The position numbers and the translations under genes were made by a program. A stretch of DNA of 64,000 nt from positions 224,001-288,000 of the forward strand of contig CAVPSJ010000004.1 of the NCBI GenBank assembly GCA_963708295.1. The letters run 5' to 3'. This document shows positions 49,490 to 59,896 of this stretch, piece after piece (position 1 is the first letter of the stretch; each line of letters opens with the position of its first letter). A model generated the notes under the pieces. It was not told where the DNA came from. It searched no databases and saw only the letters and a list, made by a program, of their open reading frames with translations. This DNA is from an uncultured delta proteobacterium (GTDB lineage Bacteria; Desulfobacterota; BSN033; UBA1163).

Positions 49490-50995
49490 ATGGAAGAACC
49501 CTCCAAAAAACAACAGATTCTGCTGGATCTGAAGAAATTCATTCTGGCGAAGACCTCCATCGTCTATATCCAATCCGACGAAGAAGACCGGGTAGAGGGC
49601 CTGCTCAAAGAGCTGAGCGCAACCTTTCAGCCTAAGCCCAAACTTTTCATCTGGAATCCTTTCCATGGACTGACCGGAGAGAACGAAAAGATCGAGAATT
49701 CAAAGAACGTTCTTGAGGCCTTGGATAAAGTGATCCAGAGTCCGGAGCAAGCGTTTTATCTTTTTGAGGGACTTCACCCCTTTTTAAATACAGACCTTTC
49801 CCTTCCGAGGAAGTTAAAAGATCTCCACCGCTCCCTCCGAAATCGATATACGACGCTTTTTATCCTGGCTCCTGTTCTGGTCGTCCCCGAAGAGCTTAAG
49901 CGAGACATGGTGGTCTATGAACTTCCAATGCCGGATGCCGTTGAGGTGGAACGAACCCTGATGGGCACCATCTCTGCGGGCCCCCAGGCTGCCAAGTTAA
50001 CGGAATCCCTGACCCCGGAGCTGAAGGATCGGATGGTGAAGGCCGCTCTCGGCCTTTCTCTCGACCAAGTGGCCCGGGCTTTTCGGAGCGCCCTGATTGG
50101 AAGGACGTCCGTTGATGCCTCTTTGATCGACGCAGTAATCGAAGAAAAAGCCCAGCTCATTAAGAAATCGGGGATTCTCAATCTCGTGACCCATCGGCCC
50201 GCTCTGGAGGACATTGGCGGGCTGGAGAACCTCAAGGATTGGCTGAAGAAAAGATCCAAAGTCTTGAGTAGTGACGGAAAGTCCTTCGGTCTCCAACTCC
50301 CCAAGGGGGTGCTGATCACGGGCCTTTCAGGATGCGGAAAAAGCCTTTGCGCCAAGGCATTCGCCTCTTTCTGGCAAGTGCCTCTGCTCCACCTGGACAT
50401 GGGCAGGCTCTATGACGGAACGATCGGAGTGCCGGAAAAGGCCCTGCAGGTTTCTCTTCAAACGGCGGAATCCGTAGCTCCCTGTGTTCTCTGGATCGAT
50501 GAGATCGAGGCAGGGATCAGCATCCAAAGTCAAAAAGCCGGAGGGGGATCTCAATCCCGGGTCTTCGCTTCGTTTCTCACCTGGATGCAGGAGAAGAGCG
50601 TTTTCGTCTTTATCGCTGCCACCGCCAATGTGATTGAGCTCCTTCCACCGGAGGTGTTGAGAAAAGGTCGTTTTGATCAAATCTTTTTCGTCACGCTGCC
50701 AAACGCTCAAGAAAGAAAATCCATACTGACCATCCATCTGAAAAAAAACAGCACAGATTCATCCCAAATCAATCTAGAGATGTTAGTCAAGGTGACCGAG
50801 GGGTTCAACGGTGCAGAGATTGAGCAGGCGGTCAACGGAGCGATGATCGAAGCCTTTAACTCAGGCCGATCCATGAATGAGCATGATCTGGTGATCTCGG
50901 CGGGAAATATCGTACCTCTGTCCACAACCATGAGGGAAGAGATGGGGCGAATGGAGCGTTGGGCCTATAATCGGGCTATTCCAGCCTCTAAATAG
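49490..50995 (+). CDS. Ycf46-like AAA+ ATPase
   Basis: EEDR N-domain, IGGLENLKDWL, GLSGCGKS, LWIDEIE, FLTWMQEK, PPEVLRKGRFD, GAEIEQ. Confidence 0.88.
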   Translation: MEEPSKKQQILLDLKKFILAKTSIVYIQSDEEDRVEGLLKELSATFQPKPKLFIWNPFHGLTGENEKIENSKNVLEALDKVIQSPEQAFYLFEGLHPFLNTDLSLPRKLKDLHRSLRNRYTTLFILAPVLVVPEELKRDMVVYELPMPDAVEVERTLMGTISAGPQAAKLTESLTPELKDRMVKAALGLSLDQVARAFRSALIGRTSVDASLIDAVIEEKAQLIKKSGILNLVTHRPALEDIGGLENLKDWLKKRSKVLSSDGKSFGLQLPKGVLITGLSGCGKSLCAKAFASFWQVPLLHLDMGRLYDGTIGVPEKALQVSLQTAESVAPCVLWIDEIEAGISIQSQKAGGGSQSRVFASFLTWMQEKSVFVFIAATANVIELLPPEVLRKGRFDQIFFVTLPNAQERKSILTIHLKKNSTDSSQINLEMLVKVTEGFNGAEIEQAVNGAMIEAFNSGRSMNEHDLVISAGNIVPLSTTMREEMGRMERWAYNRAIPASK

Positions 50996-51162
50996 AAAAT
51001 TCCAAGTTCCAAGCACCAAAACTTAAATAATCATCAAATCCCAATGACCGAAATTCTAATCTTCCCGGCTTTAACCCCTTCCTTCTGATATCGCAACATG
51101 ACTGACCGAATAGGCACACACAATAGGTGGGTGGAGCTCAATTTGGAAATTGGGATTTGGCC
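50996..51162. repeat. Degenerate inverted heptamer array
   Basis: aattcca-agttcca-agcacca..aatccca / tttgga-aattggg-atttgg. Confidence 0.6.
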
Positions 51163-51170
51163 TCTTAACG

Positions 51171-51482
51171 TCAGTAATCCTCCTTATCCTCGTCGTCGTA
51201 ATCCTCTTCTTCAAAATCGTCTTCGTCCGAATCCTCTTCCTCCTCCCCTTCCTCTTCCTCTTTCTTCTTTCGCTTTATCTTGAAGCTGATCTTCTCTAAG
51301 CTCTCATCTCCGAGATCGTCGATCACTTCGTTAAAAAACATGGCCAAGGAAATGATATACTCCTCGGGTAAATCCCGGAACCATTCGATGACCCTCTCCG
51401 CTAATTCCATCTTCTCGCTACTCGGAGAATTCTCTATAAGATCGATCGCCTTTCGATAATGTTTATTGAACGCCTTGATCAT
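51171..51482 (-). CDS. Hypothetical protein with long acidic tail
   Basis: 103 aa ORF, AGGAGG SD, tail EEEEGEEEEDSDEDDFEEEDYDDEDKEDY. Confidence 0.75.
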   Translation of the reverse strand: MIKAFNKHYRKAIDLIENSPSSEKMELAERVIEWFRDLPEEYIISLAMFFNEVIDDLGDESLEKISFKIKRKKKEEEEGEEEEDSDEDDFEEEDYDDEDKEDY

Positions 51483-51619
51483 GGAACGATCCTCGCCTCC
51501 TGTTCAATTTTGGTCCTCTCTTCGGTATTCTACCTCATTATACTTTTCTTCCCTCTCGGGGACAATAAAAAAATTTGGGGGCGGATGATAGACGGTGACA
51601 AAAAGCTGGCGAGTATTTC

Positions 51620-51684
51620 ACCCCGTTAGAAATCATGCCCGATCAGTTTCGAATCTCAACGAAGACCGAAATTTCTAACGGGGT
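51620..51684. repeat. Short MITE-like element with perfect 14-bp terminal IR
   Basis: ACCCCGTTAGAAAT ... ATTTCTAACGGGGT. Confidence 0.75.
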
Positions 51685-52521
51685 TCACTGGAATCTTGTG
51701 ATCTTTACTCCGATGAAAGGCATTTTGGAAAGATATTCCCTTAGCCTCACTTTCTTCACCACTCCTCCTTTCCCCTTCGTACCGCTCGCATGAATGAGAA
51801 AGATATCGCGGTTCCTCTCATTTCTCCCGGCTTCTACGACCCTGACGATCCCTATATGCCCGATGATCTCACCCACTTCCCTCTTCCTGGGTTCTTTCGC
51901 AAAAAAAATGAGGTCTCCGCTTTCTAAGCCTCTCATCCCTTTCGTCAGTGCGTCCGCTGAGAGAACCTCCACGGACGCCTTCCCTCTGGCCCCCTCTATT
52001 TTCATCGTTTTCCCCACTTCAGAGGTTATTTCTCGACCCCACTTTCCGCTCTCGATCATGTCTTCCCCGTATTCAAAACGGTCATCATAGTTGATGACAC
52101 GACCCTCCTTAAGAATCCCTTTTGAATGGAAGCGTCTTTCCAGGGCGACTTGAATGGCCTCTTCAGGGGTGCCGCTCAGGGCAAGCTCCACGGCCCTGAA
52201 GGTCAAATACATGCAATCCACCCTCTCATCTGACACAATGGCCGCCCGGGAGACATATTCTCCCAGCGGGTCCCTATCATAAGGAACTCCTATGAATTGC
52301 TCCGCCCAGAAGGCAATTTTTTCGCCCATGGGTTTACCCCTTAAAAGATTCTGAAATTTTTGAATTTCCTCAGCAGTAAGGCCAAAACAAGGCTGAAGCG
52401 ACAGATGGAGTATCAACAGGACTAAGAAGGTGGTTTGCAGGATCACGTGCAGAGGATGAGGGCAAGGGTCCGGGTTCCCCCGGAATTCAATTGCGTTTCT
52501 TATGCGAAGCGAAGTCTTCAA
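51685..52521 (-). CDS. DUF1460-like (NlpC/P60 superfamily) exported amidase; start uncertain
   Basis: AEQFIGVPY, RVDCMY, SGDLIFF, GHIGIV, LIHASG; hydrophobic signal segment. Confidence 0.7.
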   Translation of the reverse strand: MKTSLRIRNAIEFRGNPDPCPHPLHVILQTTFLVLLILHLSLQPCFGLTAEEIQKFQNLLRGKPMGEKIAFWAEQFIGVPYDRDPLGEYVSRAAIVSDERVDCMYLTFRAVELALSGTPEEAIQVALERRFHSKGILKEGRVINYDDRFEYGEDMIESGKWGREITSEVGKTMKIEGARGKASVEVLSADALTKGMRGLESGDLIFFAKEPRKREVGEIIGHIGIVRVVEAGRNERNRDIFLIHASGTKGKGGVVKKVRLREYLSKMPFIGVKITRFQ

Positions 52522-52611
52522 TGCCTTCTACAATAAGGAGCAGACCCGTCGTGGTTCCCTAAAGCATAGAACAAATTTATCAGACTTCTTTGGATTCTGC
52601 AATCATCCATC

Positions 52612-52782
52612 TCACTTTCTTCTTCTCTCTCTGCTCTCCCCACCCGACTCTGCATCCCGATTCTTCAGGATCACCTGATCGATAATCTCTCCGCAAATGA
52701 TACATCTCCAGCCCACAAAGTACTCATGAGGCCCGTAGAATCTCTCGCAGACCATCATACTCCCGCAGCGGTGACATTTCAT
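52612..52782 (-). CDS. Small zinc-ribbon protein, paralog of 2624-2806 (below ORF-track cutoff)
   Basis: MKCHRCGSMMVCERFYGPHEYFVGWRCIICGEIIDQVILKNRDAESGGESRERRRK*; AGGAG SD. Confidence 0.85.
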   Translation of the reverse strand: MKCHRCGSMMVCERFYGPHEYFVGWRCIICGEIIDQVILKNRDAESGGESRERRRK

Positions 52783-53055
52783 AAGAGACTCCTAGAAATT
52801 GATTTTCCCTCTTACCAAAATCTGCAATTTGTAATATCTCATGACCTTTTTGTCAACCCTTCAAAGGGATCAAATTTTTTTGAGCTTTTTTTCTTCGACG
52901 ATCTTTCCAACCCTCGCCGGCGGCCTTTCCGGGTAACAGGGAATGTTCGGCCGAATTCAAGCCTCGAAGGGAATACCGTGAAGCCAGACCTGAGCATTAG
53001 AATTTTTTAATCCAATTTTAATCCTTTTTTAATTTTTTTATCCTATACTGATTCT

Positions 53056-53137
53056 AACCAGTACATCTTTCGCCCCCCGTTTGATGTACTGGAAGGGATC
53101 AGTTTACGGCCCTCCTCTAACTGATCCCTTTTTTTTT
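53056..53137 (+). ncRNA. Candidate two-hairpin sRNA with C-rich loops
   Basis: -10 TATACT 53044-49; 10-bp stem CCAGTACATC/GATGTACTGG; 12-bp stem AAGGGATCAGTT/AACTGATCCCTT + T-run. Confidence 0.55.
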
Positions 53138-53195
53138 CTGCCGACGAGGGAGATGACGCCTGCGGGTCCATTTGAGCCAATCGCGGAGCCAGCCA

Positions 53196-53711
53196 ATGAA
53201 CAGAAAAAGATGGGTCGCCTCGATCGTGGCGTTAAGCCTTTTGGTATCCACCTCGGCCGCGTCGGCGATGGGTGACGACAAGTATAGTCGCCCATCCCTT
53301 AAGGGATTAAGCAAACTCGTCGTCGTGGTGCAAATTGAAAACCCGGTTTCGGACGATTTTAAGCGGGCGGGCCTTACGGAAGAGCGAATTCGAACAGGGA
53401 TTGAGCTTAGGCTTCGGGAAGCAAAAATAGATGTCGTATACAGAGAAGACTTGCCCTCGGATACTCCCATTCTCCATGTGGAGGTGAACGGTTCAAAAAG
53501 AGACGGCAAGACGTTTTCATTTCTCATTGAAGTTGAATTGTGGCAGAAGAGCATTTTGAAACGAGACCCCAAGATCGAAGTGATGGCGGCAACGTGGTCT
53601 ACGGGAGTTTTCGGTTTAGGGTCGGCCTCAAGTATTGCAGACGATATTATGGGATGGATCAACGGAACGATGGACACCTTTGTTAAGGCGTTCTTATCGG
53701 TGAACTCTTAA
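53196..53711 (+). CDS. Hypothetical exported protein
   Basis: Signal peptide MNRKRWVASIVALSLLVSTSAASA; protein-like composition. Confidence 0.75.
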   Translation: MNRKRWVASIVALSLLVSTSAASAMGDDKYSRPSLKGLSKLVVVVQIENPVSDDFKRAGLTEERIRTGIELRLREAKIDVVYREDLPSDTPILHVEVNGSKRDGKTFSFLIEVELWQKSILKRDPKIEVMAATWSTGVFGLGSASSIADDIMGWINGTMDTFVKAFLSVNS

Positions 53712-53898
53712 GCAAAATTTCTTTGAAAACAATCATCCTTTCATTCTCTCCCCTCGAGGGGTGTTTCATCTTTGCGCGAAGCAGGGCGATTGATGCAGGG
53801 GCAGTGACCGACGCAAATGAATCGAAAATCCTTAAGGAATACATCAATCCCAGGGCAATTACCGATCAAAGACTTGGCAGATGACCGCCTTCTCAGAT

Positions 53899-53990
53899 AA
53901 AAAAGGCCCTGTATATCTTCTCTTGGGGTGGGGTTTTGTTGGTGGGATATAAAAGATATACAGGGCCACAAATAGGTTTAACGTTAACGC
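53899..53990 (-). ncRNA. Candidate sRNA: 15-bp stem, C-rich loop, T-tail
   Basis: Minus strand GGCCCTGTATATCTT-loop(CCCACC..CCCCACCCC)-AAGATATACAGGGCC-TTTTTT; TTGACA at 54019-54014. Confidence 0.4.
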
Positions 53991-54196
53991 AATAAAACAT
54001 AATCCGAAGAATTTGTCAAGAATTTTCTTTTTGTGAAAATCGGAACTCTCCAAACACGAGATATTTCCATTTTATATTCAGCGAGTTATCGTAAGATCCA
54101 AGGTCCACTCATCCGCAGATAACAAGGTGGGTGTATGGAAAAAATATATAGGCGGCTTCCCCAAAGGGTTTTGTTGGGAGAAATGGATCGCCTCAC

Positions 54197-54331
54197 CGAA
54201 GAAATCTCTTTCAGCCATTCGTCGATCTTCACTTCCTCCATTTTCATCCCCCTCGGCCAGAGCCGGTCGATATAAATCCTCTTGCCGTCATCGGATGAGG
54301 CTCGATCATATATTCTCTTGATTTTGATCGT
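54197..54331 (-). pseudogene. DUF488/YeaO family N-terminal remnant
   Basis: [33 protein letters not shown], then similarity stops; ACG at expected start. Confidence 0.75.
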
Positions 54332-54407
54332 CGCGCATTCCTTTCGCGGTTGCGAGAAGTATTTCAACCCCGAAAGAGTGATCCCACCCCAATGCAAAAT
54401 GCTGCTC

Positions 54408-54932
54408 TCAACTTTGCAGCAATAACTTTTTCAGTTCGGCCAACACGGCTCCATAATCCGGCTCGTTCGTTACCTCCTTGACCAGTTCCTTATATTGAAG
54501 GACTCCTTTCCGATCCACCAGGAAGATTGCTCTGGCGAGCAAACGTAACTCTTTGATCAGAACTCCATAGGAGGTTCCAAAGGAGGCATCACGATGGTCT
54601 GACCATGTCTGAAGTCTATCCACGCCGGCGGCCCCGCACCAGCGTTTCTGTGCAAATGGCAAATCCATGCTCAGGGTTAAAATCACCACATTCGGACCCA
54701 AACGGCTGGCCTCTTCATTGAACTTTCTTGTCTGGGTATCGCAGACGGGTGTATCAAGAGATACCACGGAGGAAATAACGCACGCTTTACCGAGATGGGA
54801 TGAGAATTTGACCGGCGAGAGATTATTGTCGATAGCAACAAAATCCGGCGCCGCTCGGCCGACCTTGACCTCGTTGCCAACCAAAGTCAGCGGATTTCCT
54901 TTAAAGGTGATAAGTCCTTTCTGTTCAGCCAT
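54408..54932 (-). CDS. tpx: Thiol peroxidase
   Basis: [42 protein letters not shown]. Confidence 0.95.
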   Translation of the reverse strand: MAEQKGLITFKGNPLTLVGNEVKVGRAAPDFVAIDNNLSPVKFSSHLGKACVISSVVSLDTPVCDTQTRKFNEEASRLGPNVVILTLSMDLPFAQKRWCGAAGVDRLQTWSDHRDASFGTSYGVLIKELRLLARAIFLVDRKGVLQYKELVKEVTNEPDYGAVLAELKKLLLQS

Positions 54933-55460
54933 GGAAGTCTCCTTTCTTGATTAAACTCTGCGCTCGATGGGATATCCGGCATCGTGGATCTTATCTTCCA
55001 GTAAACACAGCCGGCATCTTTCACTTCCTGATTCCGATGATGATACTTCAAGAATACCGCATTGGAGGGCGACGTGAATGGGGTGGTTTACGTATTTTGG
55101 TGAGAGAAAGACTGTATTTCCCCGAAAGGGCGCTCATCCGGTCAATCTTTCTGATAGAATAAAAGAGAACCGCCTTTCACCTCAAATCAAGCTTATCAAG
55201 CAAAACCTTCTTGGAGGCGATAAGGAAAGAATATTAGGTTGATGATGCTGGAAAAGATTTGGGTCGGTCTTTCTGTGCAGGGGAATAATTCCCTTTCCGT
55301 TGAATCGAATATGTGATAGATAAAGGAGTACGTCAAACACCAACAGATCAACGACCCAATGATTCACCGTGCTTTGATATAAACAGGCAAGCTTAACATC
55401 GCATCGGAAAGGAGAAAACCTGCAATCCCCACCCAGGAGATAGCCGGAGGCGGAGCAAGG

Positions 55461-56437
55461 ATGAAAAAGATTTGTATTGAGGAACATTGGCATAACCCCG
55501 AGATAGAGGAGATGCGCAATCAATGGAGGGAAAGGACAAAAGTTCCCCTGTCGAACGACCCCAAGGCGACTCCCCAGGTGCTCCCCCGCATAGGAGATTT
55601 TGAAAAATTTCGTCTCCCTCTGATGGATGAGTACGGCATCACCCTGCAAGTGCTTGCAAGCAATTCTCCGGGGATCCAGGCAGCCGAGGATGCGGCGACC
55701 GCGGTGGGCGCGGCAAAAAGGTTCAATGATGCTCAGGCGGAAATCATTCGCAGGTATGCCGGTCGCTTTGCGGGGTGGGCCTCGCTGCCGACGCAAGACC
55801 CCAAGGCTGCGGCCGATGAACTCGAAAGGACGGTCACCCAACTGGGATTCAAAGGAGCCATGATCCATGGGCACACTCATTGGGAGTATCTCGATGAGAA
55901 GAAGTTCTGGGTGATTTGGGAGCGCGCTGAAGCCCTTGCGGTCCCAATCTACCTCCACGTCGCCGAGCCCGCTCTCGAGGGAAGAAAAATCTATGAAGGG
56001 CATTCTGAGCTGATGGGACCTGCCTGGAGCTGGGTCGTCGAGACTGCCACTCACGCCTTGCGAATCGTCGGAGGAGGAGTCTTCGACGCTTTCCCCAAGG
56101 CCAGCCTCGTTCTTGGGCATCTGGGAGAAACACTTCCTTTCCTCCTTGGCCGTTTGGACGAAGGGTATGCGATGTCCTTTAAGCCAAGAAAGCTGAACAA
56201 GAAAGCTTTCTGAATATGTTAAAGAAAATATTTATGTCACGACCAGCGGCCGATATGAGCCGGAAGCTTTGATCTGTACTGTTAACGCGATCGGGATCGA
56301 TCGTGTTCTCTTTGCAGCCGATTACCCCTATGCTGGGATGAAGGGAGGCAGTGGAAGATGTTGAAAGGACACCTATCAGCGACTCGGACAAGGAAAAAAT
56401 CTATCACCTCAACGTGGAGCGCTTGTTGCGATTATGA
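55461..56437 (+). CDS. Amidohydrolase_2 family, aromatic-acid decarboxylase-like (frameshifts ~56200-56350)
   Basis: ICIEEH, LPTQDP..AADELER, PIYLH, LGHLGE.LP; downstream frames give YVTTSG, RVLFAADYP, KEKIYHLN. Confidence 0.85.
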
Positions 56438-56786
56438 GTCACCGGTGACTCCATTCACCTTCCCGTCGGAATGGCGGTATCGTGTAGGATGACGAGTTTG
56501 AATACGAGAATTGTTATTATTGGCTTGCTAACGAGGCCCGAGGCCCTGTCCGGGCTTCCCTCCATCCCAAGAGTAAAGCTTCTTCCTAAGCTCACCGACG
56601 CATGGTTTGACAGAGTACCCCTATCTTTTTTCTTCTTGACATGCAATTCTCTTTCCGTTAGGTTCAACTCGTCCCAAAGCGAATTCTTAGTGCGCCACGC
56701 GAAGCTGGAACGGGTACGGAGAAGCGACCGGATACAAACAGATGATGATGAGAGTATGAACAGAATCACGTAAACGGAGGAAAGAG

Positions 56787-57840
56787 ATGAAGCGTACGAA
56801 GAGTAAAAGGTTATCGGCAAAGGTAGGATGGATCCTGATTGTTTTGATCGCACTTGCCCTGACAACATCCTGGGTGTGGGCTCAACCTTCAACAAAAGGT
56901 GAACCGGTCAAATCTTACAAGCTTACGTGGATTTCAGCTTTTCCCAAGACGCATTCGGTCACCGTAGGTTTTCAGAAGGGGTTCGTCGAAAAGGTGACTG
57001 AACTCTCCCAAGGCAGGTTGGTTTTCGACCATAAGGGGGGTCCCGAAACCATTCCTTTTCCCGATACGGGCAAGGCGATACAGAACAAAGTAGTCGATAT
57101 GGGTTTCAGCGCGGTCGGTAATTATGAACAAATGGCGCCCGGAGTTGGAGGGGCAATTCTAAGAGAGATCTCCTTTGAAGAAGAACGCAAACCCGGCGGG
57201 GCGTATGACTATCTGGTTGAGTCTCTGCATTCCGGGCGGCCTCCGTTATCTCGGAAGGGGCCTTCCCTGTAACGATCTATCCTTCTTTTCAATCTTCTCG
57301 AACAAGAAGATTGAAAAGATCGAAGATTTCAAAGGGTATCGAATGGGAACCACAACTTCGACGAGCCTGGCCGTCACCGCATGGGGGGCGACAGCCATTA
57401 ACCTGAGCGGACCATCGGATTACTATACGTCTATGGAACGCGGCACGACGGATGGTGTCTGCAGCACAACCGCAGAGCAGATTGTCGCATCAGGAACCTA
57501 CCAGGTCATCAAATTCGCGCCCCAGCCAGGGTTCTTTGATGGTTCTCTATCGGTCTTAATGAATTTGAAAGTTTGGAACAGCCTTCCCTCGGACCTGCAG
57601 CAGATCATCATTCAGGCCATGGCCCGATATGAAAAGTACAGTGCGGATCTTCACCAAAGCGTGATCGAAAAAGCCTACAAGAAAATGAGCGATAGCGGAG
57701 TGCAGGTCTACACGTTCTCGCCTGAGATGGGAAAGTGGCTCCGGGACAAGGCCTATGACGCCACCTGGGCGGATCAACTCAAGAGATTTCCCAATCAGGC
57801 CCCGAGATTGAGGGCCTTGCTGTCACCCGCTCGAAAATAG
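56787..57840 (+). CDS. dctP: TRAP substrate-binding protein DctP (frameshift ~57230)
   Basis: Signal peptide, GGPETIP, KIEKIEDFKG.R, YTSMERGT.DG, MNLKVWNSLPSDLQ. Confidence 0.85.
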
Positions 57841-57893
57841 GCATTTCCACGGACTCTCAGCTTTAATCGTTGGGAGGGCGGAAGAGGAAAGTT

Positions 57894-58430
57894 GTGAAAC
57901 TCATTGTAGGGTTTGACCGCGTATTTCATCGGCTCAATATGGTCCTGTTCTATTCTGCCGCGGTGCTTCTCGGGGCACTGGTTTTTATGGTGGGAGCCGA
58001 CATCGTTCTCCGTGGCCTGTTCAACAGCCCTCTCGGATGGGTAAAAGAAATCAGCGAGTATATCATTCTTTCTTTGCCCTTCCTGCTTGCTTCATGGATC
58101 CTGGAAACGGAAGGCCATATCAAGATGGACCTCCTGATCGATCAGCTCAGCCCGAGGGCACAAAGCGGGGTCAATGCGATCACCTATACGATCGGCGCCA
58201 TCGTCGTCTTGGTTCTCTGTTCATTCAGTCTGAGGGTCACTCTGGAGTTCTATCGGACCCAATACTTCACGGCAACCTTATTGAGACTCCCAAAATTCAT
58301 ATTCACGGCTATCATTTTCCTGGGCTTCTCGATGCTTTTCATTCAACTGATAAGAAAGATTATCGGTTTTGTCGACCGCTGGAAAAAGCTTGGGAAACAG
58401 AAAACGAATACGCGAAGCGCGGGAGATTAG
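57894..58430 (+). CDS. dctQ: TRAP small permease DctQ
   Basis: 4 TM, DIVLR.LFN.PLGW..EI, HIKMDLL. Confidence 0.88.
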   Translation: MKLIVGFDRVFHRLNMVLFYSAAVLLGALVFMVGADIVLRGLFNSPLGWVKEISEYIILSLPFLLASWILETEGHIKMDLLIDQLSPRAQSGVNAITYTIGAIVVLVLCSFSLRVTLEFYRTQYFTATLLRLPKFIFTAIIFLGFSMLFIQLIRKIIGFVDRWKKLGKQKTNTRSAGD

Positions 58431-58444
58431 AGGAAAAAAGAAGC

Positions 58445-59752
58445 ATGGATTGGCAAATCGCACTCGCATTCATCATCGGCAGTTTGGTTGTGCTCATGCT
58501 GACAGGCATGCCGATTGCCCTCTGCTTCCTTTTCATCAATGTCGCCGGAGCCATTGTCCTTTTCGGGTGGCCCGGCGGCCTTGACCAGACGATCGTGAGC
58601 ATCTATAGCTCTCTCGCGACTTTTACGATCGCGCCGATTCCATTGTTTATCGTCATGGGTGAGCTGATGTTTCATTCCGGTCTCGGGGGAAACGTCGTCG
58701 CCACCGTGGATCAATGGCTTGGCCGCCTACCGGGCAGGCAGAGCTTGCTGGCCGTCGGAGCAGGCGTGCTCCTGGCAACCCTGACGGGCGCCAGTGTTGC
58801 CAGCGTCTCAATCCTTTCCTCCACACTTTTGCCGGAAATGGAGAAACAGGGCTACCATAAATCGATGATCTTCGGCCCGATTCTGAGTGCCGGCAGTCTG
58901 GCTGTCCTCATTCCCCCCAGTATCACGGCTGTCCTCCTGGCTTCCATCAGTGAGTTGTCCGTGGGCAGGATTTTGCTGGCCATCATCGGCCCCGGGTTGT
59001 TGCTGGCTTTGCTTTATGCCGTTTACATCGTGACCCGGTGTGCCATTAATCCTTCTCTTGCCCCGGCTCAGGCGCCACCCCAAATCCCTCTGGGACAGAA
59101 GCTTTCAAATTTGGCAAGTAATGTTTTTCCCGTCGCCATCATTATCTTCTCCGTCATCGGATTGATGCTGCTGGGCATTGCCACACCGGAGGAATCAGCC
59201 GCCTGCGGCGCGATTGCGACCCTCGCTGTGGCTGCCGCCAAGAGACGCCTGAACTTACTCGTGATCCGAAAAACCATCTTCGGCACGCTCAGAATCACGG
59301 GCATCATCTTTCTGATTATGGCGGGAGCAAAGGGGTTCAGCCAGGTGCTCGCCTTCACCGGCGCCACAGAAGCCATGGCCGAGGGGGTTTTGAAGCTACC
59401 GGTGCATCCCCTGGTCATCATGGCCATCATGCAGGCGGTCATGATCTTTCTGGGCTGTTTCATGGATACGATGGCAATTATTCTCATCACCATGCCTACG
59501 TTCATTCCTGCGATCGTGGCGTTGGGATTCGACCCCATCTGGTTTGGAGCCATTGCCGTGGTCAATTTGGAGTTAGGAATGATCACGCCGCCTTTCGGGA
59601 TCGTCTTGTACGCGATGAAGGCAGTCGCCCCGGATCATTACACGATGAGCGACATTATCAAATCTGTTCTGCCTTTCATGGTCCTGCAATTCGTGGCCAT
59701 AGGATTGTGCATTCTCTTCCCGCCTATTGTCCTATGGATACCGGGGAAATAA
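58445..59752 (+). CDS. dctM: TRAP large permease DctM
   Basis: IPLFIVMGEL, GSLAVLIPPS, ATPEESAA, LGCFMD, GMITPPFG. Confidence 0.95.
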   Translation: MDWQIALAFIIGSLVVLMLTGMPIALCFLFINVAGAIVLFGWPGGLDQTIVSIYSSLATFTIAPIPLFIVMGELMFHSGLGGNVVATVDQWLGRLPGRQSLLAVGAGVLLATLTGASVASVSILSSTLLPEMEKQGYHKSMIFGPILSAGSLAVLIPPSITAVLLASISELSVGRILLAIIGPGLLLALLYAVYIVTRCAINPSLAPAQAPPQIPLGQKLSNLASNVFPVAIIIFSVIGLMLLGIATPEESAACGAIATLAVAAAKRRLNLLVIRKTIFGTLRITGIIFLIMAGAKGFSQVLAFTGATEAMAEGVLKLPVHPLVIMAIMQAVMIFLGCFMDTMAIILITMPTFIPAIVALGFDPIWFGAIAVVNLELGMITPPFGIVLYAMKAVAPDHYTMSDIIKSVLPFMVLQFVAIGLCILFPPIVLWIPGK

Positions 59753-59896
59753 CGTCGGACCAGAAAAACACGGTCTGGAAGCGTTGCGACCCGTTGTGGT
59801 CATCCTAGACCCGGGTCAGCATCTCGTTTTATCCTCGGGTTAAGCCGTTCAAGCGGGTTCAGGATGAAACGTCGGAGGATTTCGAAAGACTTCTGG

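Noticed and set aside
52905-52995. GC-rich intergenic patch as riboswitch or SRP RNA
   Set aside because: No c-di-GMP, SRP or other recognisable core motifs and no convincing long helices
58037-58444. N-terminal extension of DctM (fused DctQM)
   Set aside because: Alternative frame over dctQ; DctM similarity starts at ATG 58445
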